From NCBI GenBank assembly GCA_010093605.1, contig MU004198.1, forward strand, positions 64,726-128,725: a DNA stretch of 64,000 bases, read 5' to 3'. This DNA comes from Lophium mytilinum. Its lineage: Eukaryota. Below, piece after piece: positions 49,601 through 62,591 of this stretch; the first letter of the stretch is position 1; every line of letters starts with the position of its first letter. The notes beneath the pieces were generated by a model. The model saw only the letters and a list, made by a program, of their open reading frames with translations, did not search any database and had not been told where the DNA came from. Both the position numbers and the translations under genes were made by a program.

Positions 49601-51750
49601 AACGCTTCACCCATAGTCTGGTTTGAGATACCATCAGAGCTGAGGGTCTTGAGAAGAGAGGAGAGCGAATCATGGTGTTGTTGCAGGAGGCTCGTCTTTT
49701 GCGTCAATGTCAACGAGTTTTCGAAGACTGATGCCAGAGCGGAGATGAGATCATGCCCTTGCCAGATCGAAGGGTTTGCGACGCTGCTTTCTGTTGCACG
49801 AAGCTGATCGGACAATTTGTTGATGAAGCCAAGCAGATCACGGTTTCTTGCAAAACTTTTCATGATTGGAACGATGACATGCTGTCGTAACGCAGTTCTC
49901 GCGGTCGAAAATCCGGTTTCTGACGTTGAAATGAGACCTGAGATGATATGCGTGACATTCCATGTATCATCCTGTTGAACCTCCTCGGTAGAGTCGAGGC
50001 AGTGTGATGAATATTGAGAGATCTGGCGGAAGAGCGCACGAGAGAGGTCGTTCTGAGAGAAGAAGCCGGTAGAGTCGACTACCTTGGCCGCTGGAAGGAA
50101 AATATCCGGATCGAGAGCAACAATTTTAGCGACTAGTCCCCACCAGACAGTACGATGTCGTCCATCGGGGTGACTAGGTACTCCGGTGAGATACTTGAAA
50201 ATGTACTCAGTGACGATGGAGTCCACAGAGAGGTTCCAATCAATGAACGCTTGCAATATGTCTTCCATTGATCGAACGGACTCCCAAATGACGGGGACAC
50301 CTTGTTTTTCCAATGTACAACCGGTACACTCTAGTAGCGCAGTCAGGACTGCTTGGTTCCATGGCTTTTCGGCAATCCGGCCTCTTGGTGTTTGACGTGG
50401 GGAGCACCTGATGGCAATGTCCATCAACTGTGGGACAGTGCGAAAGAGCAGCTCAGATGATAGAGACGCCGGTTGTTCCATTCGTTTCAAGATAGTGGCT
50501 TCAGTCAGATTGGCTCGAATATATCTCAGAGACTGGTGCAGCTTCATAGCTCTAGGTACATGCTCTTCTTTTGATGGTTTAGACTCACTAGAGTCAATGG
50601 GAACAGTGTCGCTGGAACCTAAGTTCGAAAAGAAATCCGAGCGAGCGGGCCCGAAGATATGTCTTGCGTAGAGCTGCTCAAGTGATCTTATTACTGAGTT
50701 CTGCGTATTGCGCAATCGCTGTTTTGTGAGCTTGGTTTCTTCTTCTAAACCCAAGAAAGTATCATCATCTTTTACCAGCCCGAGCAGAATCGTAGCAGGA
50801 AGAAGACAGTGCTCCGAGAACGCGTTCAAACTCGCAACAGTATCGTCTCCACGTCCCGGGGTCCTCATATCCCAAATTCGAATAATCGGAGTGAGTCTCA
50901 TAGCGCCGTCCGAGGCTCCAAAAAGGGCGGCTTTGGCGTCCTTATCCAGCAGTATCGAGACGAGAGCGTTCAGCCAGAACTTCAGAAGCTTAGCCGCTTT
51001 TTCGCTGTCAACGAGGAGGACCATTCGCATGTGATCGGCTACAATCTTGTCCTCGGACTCTGTATGCAAGTGTGACTTGGCTATGATAGTCTCGAGGCTT
51101 CTAGCAACGGCGTCGAAAAGGTCCTTTGGCGCTCCTGCAACCAAACCAATCTTCTTTGCTGGGCTTTCAACTTCGACATGCCGTTTCCGCTTCCGCGACG
51201 TAGCAGGAAGATCTTCGGCGGCAGCACTTGACTCCGAGGCTTCTCTACTAGCCGTGGTCCCAATATGAGGCTCAACGTCGACCTGAGAAACTTTGTCGTG
51301 CACAGCGTCCCCAAAGTTTTCCTCCAGCACTTTCTCTAACGTATTAACGTAATCCCCAGCTCTTAAAAGAACGGCGGCATTCGAGGTCGGTATCGTAGTT
51401 ATCAAACACCTCAGTAGTTTCCAAGCTCTCATATTCTTTCGCGCCTGGCTTCCACCGATTCCTCTATCCTTCAACTTTTCCAGAATCCAGCGGAGGACCC
51501 ATTCTGCGCGGGCGTGGTATTGCTGACTTTGAGGTTTCTCGGAGCTACTATCCGTAAGACTGGAGGTATCCCACGTATTCGAGAGCCCTAAGACGCTTGC
51601 GGCTTCGCGGATTTGCTGATTCAAGTCTGTTAAGGTCTTCTCGAGCGCGAGGAGCCGTTGGAGTGATGTCGGAGCCAGTTTCTTCGATCTGATTAGCTTC
51701 CACACAACTTTTTGGGGTTGAAAGTATCACACCTTAGATTGAGGCGCCAT
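46632..51750 (-). CDS. URB2: Nucleolar ribosome-biogenesis protein Urb2/Npa2 (multi-exon)
   Basis: Very large helical protein; N-terminal EWVLRWILEKLK; C-terminal RLGGRFHLL...LIPGLWSALD...RAVWKGVYVEW; introns link the ORFs. Confidence 0.8.
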
Positions 51751-52017
51751 TCCATCCCCTTACCACAATCAAACCCCTCACACGGTGCTGTTGCTGTAGT
51801 GGTGGGGAATCTCGAACTCGTCTGAAAAAGTTCGCTCACGGACCACCAGGCTTCTCTTGGCGCGAACGTCGGTCGACTTCCGACCCTCATCAGTTCCTCG
51901 GGAGCTCCAACACCACCTCCAAACATCACCATCAAGCTCTCCGACCAGCTCTCCTGTGCCTCTGCACCCCTCCCTCGCCCGGCTTCACGAGATCAATTGG
52001 TCAAACACACACAAACA

Positions 52018-52630
52018 ATGTCGGAAAGCACTCCCACTGCTCCGGTCGCGCGGACGACCCGGCCGGTCAGCGAGTCGCTGTTGAATGAGAAGGTAGGCTT
52101 GCGAATATCTTCTTAGAGCTCAATTACGCACAACATATACTTCACTCAGTTTCAATGTGGAAATTGGAGTCCTCGGGAGCTCTTTTGCGGAAATCTCAAG
52201 CTCGACATGACCTCCAGCACACCACCGCCAACCATCCCCTGGTTATCCCATAACTCTCTGTCACTTCCCCACCATCCCAGGCCCGTCGCATTCCCCTTCA
52301 TCTCTACACTACCAATCAGATACTAACAGACAAATCGCAGTGGGACCGCTGCCTCTCCTCCATGCTCATCCGCTCTGGCCTCGGCCTCTCCTTCGGCATC
52401 GTCTTCTCCGTCCTCCTCTTCAAGCGCCGCGCGTGGCCCGCAACCGTCGGACTGGGCTTCGGTGCCGGCCGCGCGTGGGAAGAGTGTGATAGCGTACGCT
52501 TCCCCACCTTTTCTTCTTAAACAAACACCATTCGAATCCGATGAGTAAAACGGGCTAACGGGTTCATGGATAGTCATTCAAGCACGCCGCCGCACCATCG
52601 AAGGACGGACTGAGAGTTCTGCGACCATGA
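52018..52630 (+). CDS. MIC10: MICOS subunit Mic10, 3 exons
   Basis: SESLLNEK-WDRCLSSMLIRSGLGLSFGIVFSVLLFKRRAWP...GLGFGAGRAWEEC. Confidence 0.93.
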
Positions 52631-53889
52631 GAAATGGAATGTGCAACTGAATATGATGAGCAGGACGTTGGAGTCGGGCTGTCAGGGGACGAGATGGCAT
52701 AACTGTGGCTTCAGGGGAGTGATTTGAAGTCTTCATGCACGAATACGCTGTATAGTAGGGCAGGGTTTGGGATTAGAGAGCAGCGAGCCAGTTTAGTTCA
52801 GTTCCGTCCGTTCAATTGAGCATTGTACATTTGGTCTAAATCCCCTCTTCAATAACGCGAGTAAATGTGTCACTATGCGCGAGAATGTTAGGAGAGGTAA
52901 TAGTACAGCCGTTCGAGGCTTTAAATCCTTCACTGAGAGCAGCTCCATGTGATGAGCGGCTCTGGGTATCTCAGGTCCCTTTCGTTCGCACTTCCAAGAA
53001 TCTACCTAATGTTCATCTCGTTTGTGAATATAGAAGGTGAAGATTCCCGTCCTAATATACACAACATCCTGCGATCCCTCTAGGGAAGTGGTACGGAAAA
53101 CCAACAGCAGCTTTCGGGTTCGGTGATCCAGACAAGACTACCGGCACCTGAAGAGGGAATGGGCGAGAACTTGTCGCATTGAGATGAAGGGTGTGCGATC
53201 GCACAGCAAAGAGAGAAGTAGTTTGATCAGAACAGAAAATCTTAGCCAGCGTCTTGTAACCGCCGAGCAGAGACAAGCACGTTACTTCCGTTCGAATTCA
53301 CGTATTACGTTAAAAGAAATCCGACCTGGGTACATCGTATATAGGCCCTCCTCGTCAGGCCTCAGCCGTGAGCCAATGTGGTATGTCACGCGGACCAACT
53401 CACCGGAGCCTGCCTCGTGGAAAGCCTACGTGATGTGCGATGGTGTGCAGATGCCAATTAGGCTTCCACAACCCTGCCCTTCATCGAAGGTCGTGGCAAG
53501 GGTGTACCAGTGATGGGTGGCGTTCGATGCCTACTCACAAACATGTGCCCAACATAGAATTCAGCGTTGATCGTGAGCATCAGCAAACCCTTTCGCTACA
53601 GAGTGCATGATCATAGACCTGTGTACATTTCTTTGCCGCCGTCAGAAGTGCCTCGAGGAGCTTTTCAAGATTCCGGCGAGGTCCAAATCCGTTCTTTTGA
53701 GCAATTGGAAAACGCGCCAGCTCACCCCTAACAGTGATAGAAGTGTGTAACGAGTACGCCAACGTATGATCAACTGAGACTAGGGCAGGGAGACCAGGCA
53801 AAGCCACAACATTCTTTTTTCAAAGGCCATCTGATATACTTTACAAAGAGGATGCACCCATAGGGGGCGCAAATGAAATACTAAAAGCA

Positions 53890-54415
53890 ACCTTACCCAG
53901 CCCACACCAGTCTCAAATTTGCTAATAACACAGCACCGTCACGGCAAGATCATCAAGTAGATGCCTAGAGAAAACTAGACTCCTTACCTCTGATCTTACC
54001 TCAATGGCAAAAGTTTGGAACCCATCGGTTCCTTATCAGTTCTGGATACTTACCCCCAAAAGCAAAAAGAACAAACCATGTGGTTCACCCAGCACCAAAA
54101 CACAAAGGAAAAGCCATGCATAATAAGACATTCAAGAACCACCCCAAATGAGCCCTGTTATCGATTTAGAAGGTCGATGTTTCGAAATCGGGTCGCCCGT
54201 GTCGTCCAGTTGGTACGTTCGGATACCTCGTTGGGTCGCCCCCCAGATAGCGTCGTGTACCAGTCAAAATGAGGAAGGAAAAGGTCGAAAGTGGATGGCG
54301 AGAGCGGTTCTGTAGTTGAGCATGCAGTTGAGCTTACCGCTTACCCTGGTCGATTTTGATGTTGATTTGGTGTTGAGGGAATTCGATGTGGTTGCAATAC
54401 TTGACCGCTTACCCT
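53890..54415 (-). promoter_or_regulatory. Cluster of seven consensus 5' splice-site motifs downstream of the U1-70K stop
   Basis: G|GTAAG on the minus strand with GT at 54412, 54344, 54337, 54053, 53999, 53987 and 53896; function inferred. Confidence 0.55.
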
Positions 54416-54505
54416 TGGTGACGAAAGGGAAGAAAGTTGAAGTCGGAGAGAACAGAGAATACCCATTGAGACAAACCCATTCGCTGCTCAGCTGAATCGA
54501 GACGC

Positions 54506-55918
54506 TCAGTATCTGCGTTTGCTTCGGGAATCGTCGTTGTTGTCGCCATCGTATGCGCGCTTCCTGGGATAGTCATCTCGGCCATACCCACCACCACTCT
54601 CTCGGTCGCGGTCCCTATACCCGCTACCTCGATCGCCTCGGTCCCGGTCTCGGCCAGCGTCGCGGTCTCGTGGTCCCCGCTCGCGGACAGGTTCGCTGTT
54701 GCTGCCGCTCGGTCCGCGGTCACGGAAACCGCCTCTGTCGTCGTAGGAGCGTCCACCGTATCCGCCGCCGTTGGTGTCAAACGAACGGCCTCCGTGGCCT
54801 CCTGAGAACCCTCCACTTCGGCCTCCTCCACGAGGGCCAGAGGGTGCGCCGTCCGGTGGTGCTCCTGGGCTGCCGAAGCCGTTCGACTGGTAGCCAATGC
54901 CGCCTCGTCCTCCATACCCACCTCTGTCACCTCCAAATCCGCCACCTCGGAAGCCACGATCTCCTCCGCCGCCAAAGCCGCCTCTGAAGCCGCCGCCGCC
55001 ACCTCCACGGCCACGGAATCCTCCTCCACCAAACCCCCCACCGCGGAAGCCTCCGGGCGCAGATGGCGGTGCGGCTGCTGCGCCAGCTGGTCGGGCTGGC
55101 GGTCCCTTGGTGTAGTTTCGTCCTCCAAGACCTCCGCCATAACGACGAGGTCGCCATTCTTGCATAGTGCGGCCACGTTCGACGTCGACTAGAACTTTGC
55201 GGTCTTTGATACGAATGCCATCAGTCTCCTTGTAGGCAGCTAATGGTTAGAAGCATGTTAGTATTGTCCGAGTATTTTACCTGATCGAGGGGAGGGTGTA
55301 GATGTTGTTACCTTTCATGTCCTTCTCGCGCTCATAGACAACGAATGCATAGCCCGTATGCTTCTTCTTTGGCTTTTTCTCGTTAGGGTTCTTGACGATG
55401 CGAATCTATAAATGCTGTTAGCACGTGTAGAGCAAGGACCTGCATCTCGTATGGGAAGGCGCATACTCTCTCGATCGGACCGAATCGTCCAAACTCAGAT
55501 TCAAGATCCTTCTCGGTGGCCTCGTAATTCAAGCGTGCAACGAACAGCGTCTTGAAGGCATCACCGCGGACATTGGGGTCATTAGCAGGCTTGTCTGCAT
55601 GCCATTAGCATTTGTTTCCATGAGGAAATCTGCAGATACGAGTGGCGACTTACACTCCTTAATACCTTCTTCGAGGAGGTGCTTCTGCTTGGCTTTCTGC
55701 TCAAGCTTCTGCCTGTCTTTCTTCTGAAGCCAGCACTCTCCCGAGTCCACGAACAGGTCCTTGTCCTTGTACTCTCGAAAGGCGTCCATGAATTGGCCAA
55801 CGCCCCCGAGCCTATTGGTAATACGGGCTTCGGGGGCATGGTCGATGGGGTTGAGGTAGCGCAGCGCCGGGCGCGGGGCGAAGAGCGCGAGGAGGTTGTG
55901 AGGAAGCTTGTCCGTCAT
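54506..55918 (-). CDS. SNP1: U1 snRNP 70 kDa protein (multi-exon)
   Basis: [20 protein letters not shown] ([17 protein letters not shown]), [22 protein letters not shown] and an RGG/RD tail. Confidence 0.95.
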
Positions 55919-56202
55919 CGTAAGGGGCGGGGCCCTACGAAAGAGCCTGTGGTCTGGAGACGACTAAGTAGATTAGCTGCCACGAAGAAACTCGGCGATG
56001 CAACGGCAATGATGGCGACACGGTGAGGCGTGGGCGACAGTGAAAGAGCTAGGAGGAGCGAAGGCAGCGACGCGACTCCAGTCCAGCAAGTTGTTCTTTT
56101 GGAGCTAGCGCCGGCAGAATAAACGGCCCTAGATGTCTTGGCGTTATTCGTGAAAGCCGATCGAATTCATCGTTCAGGGTGCTGCTAAGTAAATTGTGCA
56201 TC

Positions 56203-56720
56203 ATGCCGCTCTCCGCTGTCAAGGCAGTGGCCAAAGGCCAGGTACGCTTTAATTGCAATGATACCCCGTCGGGAATCTAACAGTTTCTCCAGAACGGCGT
56301 CGGCGCCTTCATCCTCCAATGCAAACGCCTCGACTTTCACTACTGCGACTGGGCGGGGAGTTCCAAGGGCATGAAGTATATTCGCTTGTCCATCGTACTT
56401 TGAGATCCGGATAGCTAAATGGTTACAGCGCATTCATCCACAAGCGTCTGCCCCAATTCGCGCGCGAAAATCCTCAGATCGAAATCACCGTCTCACCTCG
56501 ACCGCATAAGCACCCTGTCGTCACGGGCCACTACATCAATGGACGGGAAAAGGCCGTCTGTGTGAGGAACATGACTACCGAGTTGATCCTCGAGAAAGCA
56601 AATCTGCTGAAGGAAGCCAGTGGGGAGAAGTTGAGGAGGGTGAACAAGCCGGTGACTAGCGTCAACGAGAGCGTGAGAGGCATTTGGAGTCCGTATCACG
56701 GCGCGCAGTATAAGATATAA
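56203..56720 (+). CDS. MRPL51: Mitochondrial ribosomal protein mL43, 3 exons
   Basis: NGVGAFILQCKRLDFHYCDWAGSSKGM...HPVVTGHYINGREKAVCVRN...SVRGIWSPYH. Confidence 0.93.
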
Positions 56721-56965
56721 GATTCGCAAAGAGGCGGGTCATGTACAGATGTATACCACAGTTGGCATGGAAGGCGCAAGGGGACCTGGGCATGTATATA
56801 TATTTGTAGAGCTAGTGGAGTGGAGCGAATCCTCGACACAGCTCAGCTTGAGCAAGCTTGCATTTACCGTGTCTTTCCCTTTTATGCCCACGATGTGAGC
56901 TAGAGTGAGACACAGACTTCGCGTCATGCTGGTATTTCAACCGCCCGCAAGACTGGCATATCTGC

Positions 56966-58094
<1,129 letters not shown>

Positions 58095-59196
58095 GATTGC
58101 TGATTTGTGACTGAAAGATTTAAGTAGGGTTTTGAAGTTTTACGGACGAAATTGAGGATAATCAGGTGTTCGTCGTGTGTTGTTGATAGTGTTGAGCTAT
58201 GGCGGGGGAGGGGAGCTTCTTTTAGGTCGGGCGATTTCGGCTTGCTTTTTGAAAGAACGTGAGAGCAAAAGCAACCCATATCACGCATCGCTGCGCCATT
58301 AAAACCTCTGCAAACCCGCATTCTCCACTTCCAGGTCATGAATAGACAAACAGAGCTCGATGCGAAGCTTACACGTCACGTGAACTCTCCAGAGCCTCCG
58401 CCGACGTCCCACGGTTGGCCCCTGGTGACTCAACACAACCCACGCGCTCCCACTCCACCACGACTCGGTTCAGCTGTATCAGCCTCGTTCACAGACACCG
58501 AATGCTTGGATGTGCTTGGTTGAGTATCTAGGATCTAAATATACGACCAACGGCCAAGACATCTCTCACTGGGTGGTTCGCCGGCAACCCTCTTGAAGAC
58601 GCGCTTGATATCATCATCTCTGTCCAGTATACTGATGCGTTCCACGCGCAGACTAACAAGTTCCATGATGTCGGCCAGTGGGAATCATCCCTTGCTATCT
58701 TGGGTTCAAACCCAGACACGCTCTCCACAAATCGTTCCAGAACACAATAATCCGAACCGCCGCTCTAGTGGAGTCTTCCGGAGCATTGGCCGCGCTCTAC
58801 ATCCCGTTTATGTGTTGATACTTCAACTTTGAAAAGGTTGCCTGGCGTAATGAAACAACCAAACCCCAAGGTCATCTTGCGTGGTCCGGGCTTCGCGCCC
58901 ATTCTCCTCCTGTCTCATCTATAACTCTACTGGTACACCATCTTCGAGGCCTTCTCCCCGCTGCCCCTTTCCTTCATCGACCCTTCGAAGCTCTTCATTC
59001 TGGTATCTGCTGGCCAGTACCGTCCGTTCGCTTTTTAGTCACACTAGTCTTTTTTGTCACTCGTTTACATTTCGGTGCCTTTGCTACAGTCTTAATAATT
59101 CTTTTCCGGGCACTAATAACTAGAGCGTAATCTTGTTACCATACGAATATATATCCAGAGTACCACGTCTCGGGAGACATTGGTCTTGACGCGTTG

Positions 59197-60277
59197 ATGG
59201 ATTTTTCGAACAGTACGCTTCCTAATGCCGTCGCGAAAGACCCTCAAAGTTCAGCATCTCACGATCCAGCTCCTCAAGATCCAGTTCCTCAAGATCAGGC
59301 TCTTCACCAGCAGCCTCCTCACGATCAAGCTCTTCAAGAGCAGCCTCCTCGTAATCAACCCTTTCAGCATCATCCAGCCGTTGGGAGTCCCCTTCCACGA
59401 GAACCAGCTCGTACAAACCGGTTCTCCCTAGTCAACGTTTCAGGACGAGCGAAAGCGTTCATAGGGTAAGTCCCGCTGGCCTGCTATATCAATCAAGCTA
59501 ACGGAAAATAGAAACTTCTATGGAAACATTATCAACAACCCGAGGAGGAAGTCAAGGAGAGAGAGGATCGCTGTGTCTATCGGCATTGCGACTCTTGTGA
59601 TCATGATCTTAGCGGCCGTACTTGTTCCATTATTTGTTCATCTGAGTCAACCATTCCACAAGCCGTCGGCAGAGCAGCAATCGATATCAACCGTGTCATT
59701 ATGGTATACAGCCACCTTTCACGATACTCCTGTGCCAGGATCACCTGGATCTGCCTATGTCTCGGCCTCTCTACTTTCTACCTCCTCGTCCGATTCAAGT
59801 CGGAAAGACGTCGAGCCTTCTAGTGATACAAGCAGGATCACCATCCTCAGATCACCTGCGTTCGTTTTGGCTCAGACTACATCAACTCCTGGATCACAAA
59901 CCCCCCCACCTGATGTGGTCACGATTCAGCCGTCAACGAAGGAAACAGTATTCGCCGCTGCAGTAACCTCGTTCCCAGCTTCTCAGACCAGCTCCGACTC
60001 TCCACGAACAACGAGTATTTTGTTCGGGGCTACTGGGCCTGTCAAAACCTATCTCTGGGATGGAACAACGACGTTTTGCACTCGCTGGTCCGGTTTGGGC
60101 TGTCCCGGTGATCAATGCAACAGCAACACCTGTCTCGACCCGTTGCCATGTTGGGAAGGGCGCTGCTGCACCAGCGGCTGTGTTGAGGGTTGGGAATGCA
60201 CTGGGACATGTGTCTCTGCCATGTCATGCGTCACTACAAATAACGATAGTACGGGGGTATGCAGATATACTGCTTAA
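59197..60277 (+). CDS. Predicted type II single-pass membrane protein (344 aa): cytoplasmic amyloid-like motif, TM helix, Ser/Thr stalk and 12-Cys C-terminal domain
   Basis: Intron 59466-59511 (GTAAGT..GCTAAC..TAG) joins ORFs 59194 and 59573 in frame; RRKSRRER precedes the hydrophobic IAVSIGIATLVIMILAAVLVPLFV. Confidence 0.8.
59260..59379 (+). repeat. Degenerate 15-nt coding tandem repeat (about 8 pentapeptide units)
   Basis: HDPAP QDPVP QDQAL HQQPP HDQAL QEQPP RNQPF QHHPA. Confidence 0.7.
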
Positions 60278-61397
60278 ATGGACGACATGAAGGCGGATCG
60301 CCTCTCAGACGGCGGAACAACGAGATGACGCAGTGGAGACGTACCGATCATCAAGTCGTATGAGAAACGAGATGAGGTTTCATTCTCACGATGCGGCAAG
60401 AGGCTAGTAATGGGGACTGTGCCGTTAAACGACATAGCCTGGATGTACGATTGTTTGTATGGATTGTAAGGAATGAATGTTTTCGTGTTCATTCATGCGA
60501 ATCAACGTCGAACTGTCAGCTAACGCGCATTGAAATTTGAGCCTCATCCTGTGTGGGTGTGGGCAAGCATGAGCTAAATCGGGCGTTGTGCATGCATGGA
60601 AGCCTTCACCGGTTGCATGCATCTTCAGCCACTCGCGAAATCAAACCGCCCAATCGGTACGTCGCGCATCCGATTGATCGGCCATCTGCAGTGGGCTGCC
60701 TCAAACCCCGAGCATCCAATCTAAGAGATTCGGCTGAGTATGGGCGGTGAAAAAACCGTTCAGCGTTTTGAAATCACTGGACATGGTCGCGCTTCGAACC
60801 CACATTCCAAGCATCTTCCTGCAACAAGCGCCTGTGGGTCGAACGTTTTCAGGCAACTCGTCGACGTGGCACTGATGCCTTACGGCAACTCATTTGCCTT
60901 TTTCCATGGCAATTCGCCTCTTGACACCAGCGATCCTCGTCCATACCCAATTGACGCCTTCAATAAGCACGGCTACTCCTTCCTAAGAAAATGCCTGGAC
61001 GTAGAAGGTCCGCGCCGGCAGATTCGCAAGGCTTGTCGTAATTTCGCGCCTCGAGGTATGCCTCAGGAGGCGGCATGTTGATACACAGCCGAGCAGACTG
61101 AGCACTGAGCAGACATAAAGTACTCTATGCTCACTCGCAGTGATCAGTTACGCAGAGCGCGCAACCTCTCGCTCACAAATACTGAAAATCTTTTGTTCGA
61201 CTTGATGGATTGTTACACTGCACGAGCTCGTTTCCTCCGGTCAGCCTTACCACTCGGTATCCAATTCGGCGTCCCGAAGCGGAGTGACAACGCACTGTGG
61301 CCGCTTGGAATCACCTATATGCGCGTGAACGCCCTCGGAACCCTTGGTCCTTCAATCGGCCAGCCCTGGTCTTATCATTGGAGGCAACCGATCCAAG

Positions 61398-62591
61398 ATG
61401 GCTGGAATCGAGGTTCTCGGGGTGATCGCAAGCGTAGGGCAAATAATCCATTACGGCGGGGTTATTGTCATCGGGCTACATGACCTGTATCAGCAAGCCC
61501 AACATGCACCAGAACGTTACGCCCAACTGGCCAATCAGGTCGAGCAACTGGTCCATACAGCGCAGCTCATAGCTGAGACGGAAGCCTTAAAGACCGATCT
61601 CGTCCGTCGACACCTTGATACTCTTCTGGACACCGTTAAGAGCCTCGATCACACCATCAAACGGGCACTAAAAGACACGTCAAAAAGGCCTGGAAAAAGA
61701 TATTGGAGGGCTATTTGGTCCAGTCACAGAGAGGAGAAAATATCGAAAGGATTCTCAAGACTCGAAGAGAACAAAAGCTCCCTCGTACTCTGCATACTCG
61801 GAACGTACGGCGAATTTATGATGCCAGCTGCGCAGGTGACAGATGGATCAGCCAAACTCATTGATGAGTCCCAGGACCCGAAGCGCAACGGGGCAAACTC
61901 ACGAACGAGGCGAGCACCAAGAGACAAACCTGAACGATTAAGAGGAGGAGCTCTGAGAGGCAAATCTTCTCCGCCATCTGAAAAAGTATGTGCATCCTGA
62001 TCGCCAGCTCAGTCATCCTACTTACACATAACATTGTCTACTCAAGTGGTCCCAGATCAGTCATTACAGAACGAAATCAACGATGAAAGCTCCGACCAGG
62101 AACCAATGTCCAGAGCGTCCACAGCCGTAGACATGGATAGTCCAATCGCACAAAGCAGACGCCCAACCCAAGAATTGTTTCCACACCATGAAACGCCTAG
62201 TGAGACGAAACAATACCCAGATCTGCACTCATCAGGCTCGCAACTCCCAGATAAGGCAATAGCCCTTTATGGGCAGGAGCCGTTTCTACCTCATCAAGGT
62301 GCCAACATCCGTGGCCGCCAGTATGCCAAACCCTTCAAGGACTTGTCATCAAGACAACCCACCCAACTCCCCAACGGCCAAGGATCTTTCAACTTTAGCG
62401 GAGATTACTTTGATGAAGTCACTGCTAGCGGCAATGCTAAGCAATGGGCTGGACGATTCGGATCGGCCACTATGCCACAAGCATCCCAGTCAACCGGCAA
62501 TTACTATGGAAAGATCAATTCTACTGAAAGTTCGAGGACATACCTTGGCCATTTTAGTGATGAGCAATGTAAAGATATTTTCAACCAATAA
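61398..62591 (+). CDS. SesA/HeLo-like N-terminal domain protein with a C-terminal two-repeat HET-s-like amyloid domain
   Basis: MAGIEVLGVIASVGQII...RYWRAIWSSHREEKI..RLEENKSSLVLCI; donor GTATGT at 61986 with an in-frame acceptor at 62060 or 62069 (uncertain); C-terminal repeats DYFDEVTASGNAKQWAGRF and NYYGKINSTESSRTYLGHF. Confidence 0.72.

Noticed and set aside
52093..52340. Long first intron of MIC10 as a snoRNA host
   Set aside because: No convincing C/D or H/ACA boxes seen.
54409..55176. 255-aa alternative-frame ORF overlapping U1-70K
   Set aside because: By-product of the GC-rich RGG-coding region.
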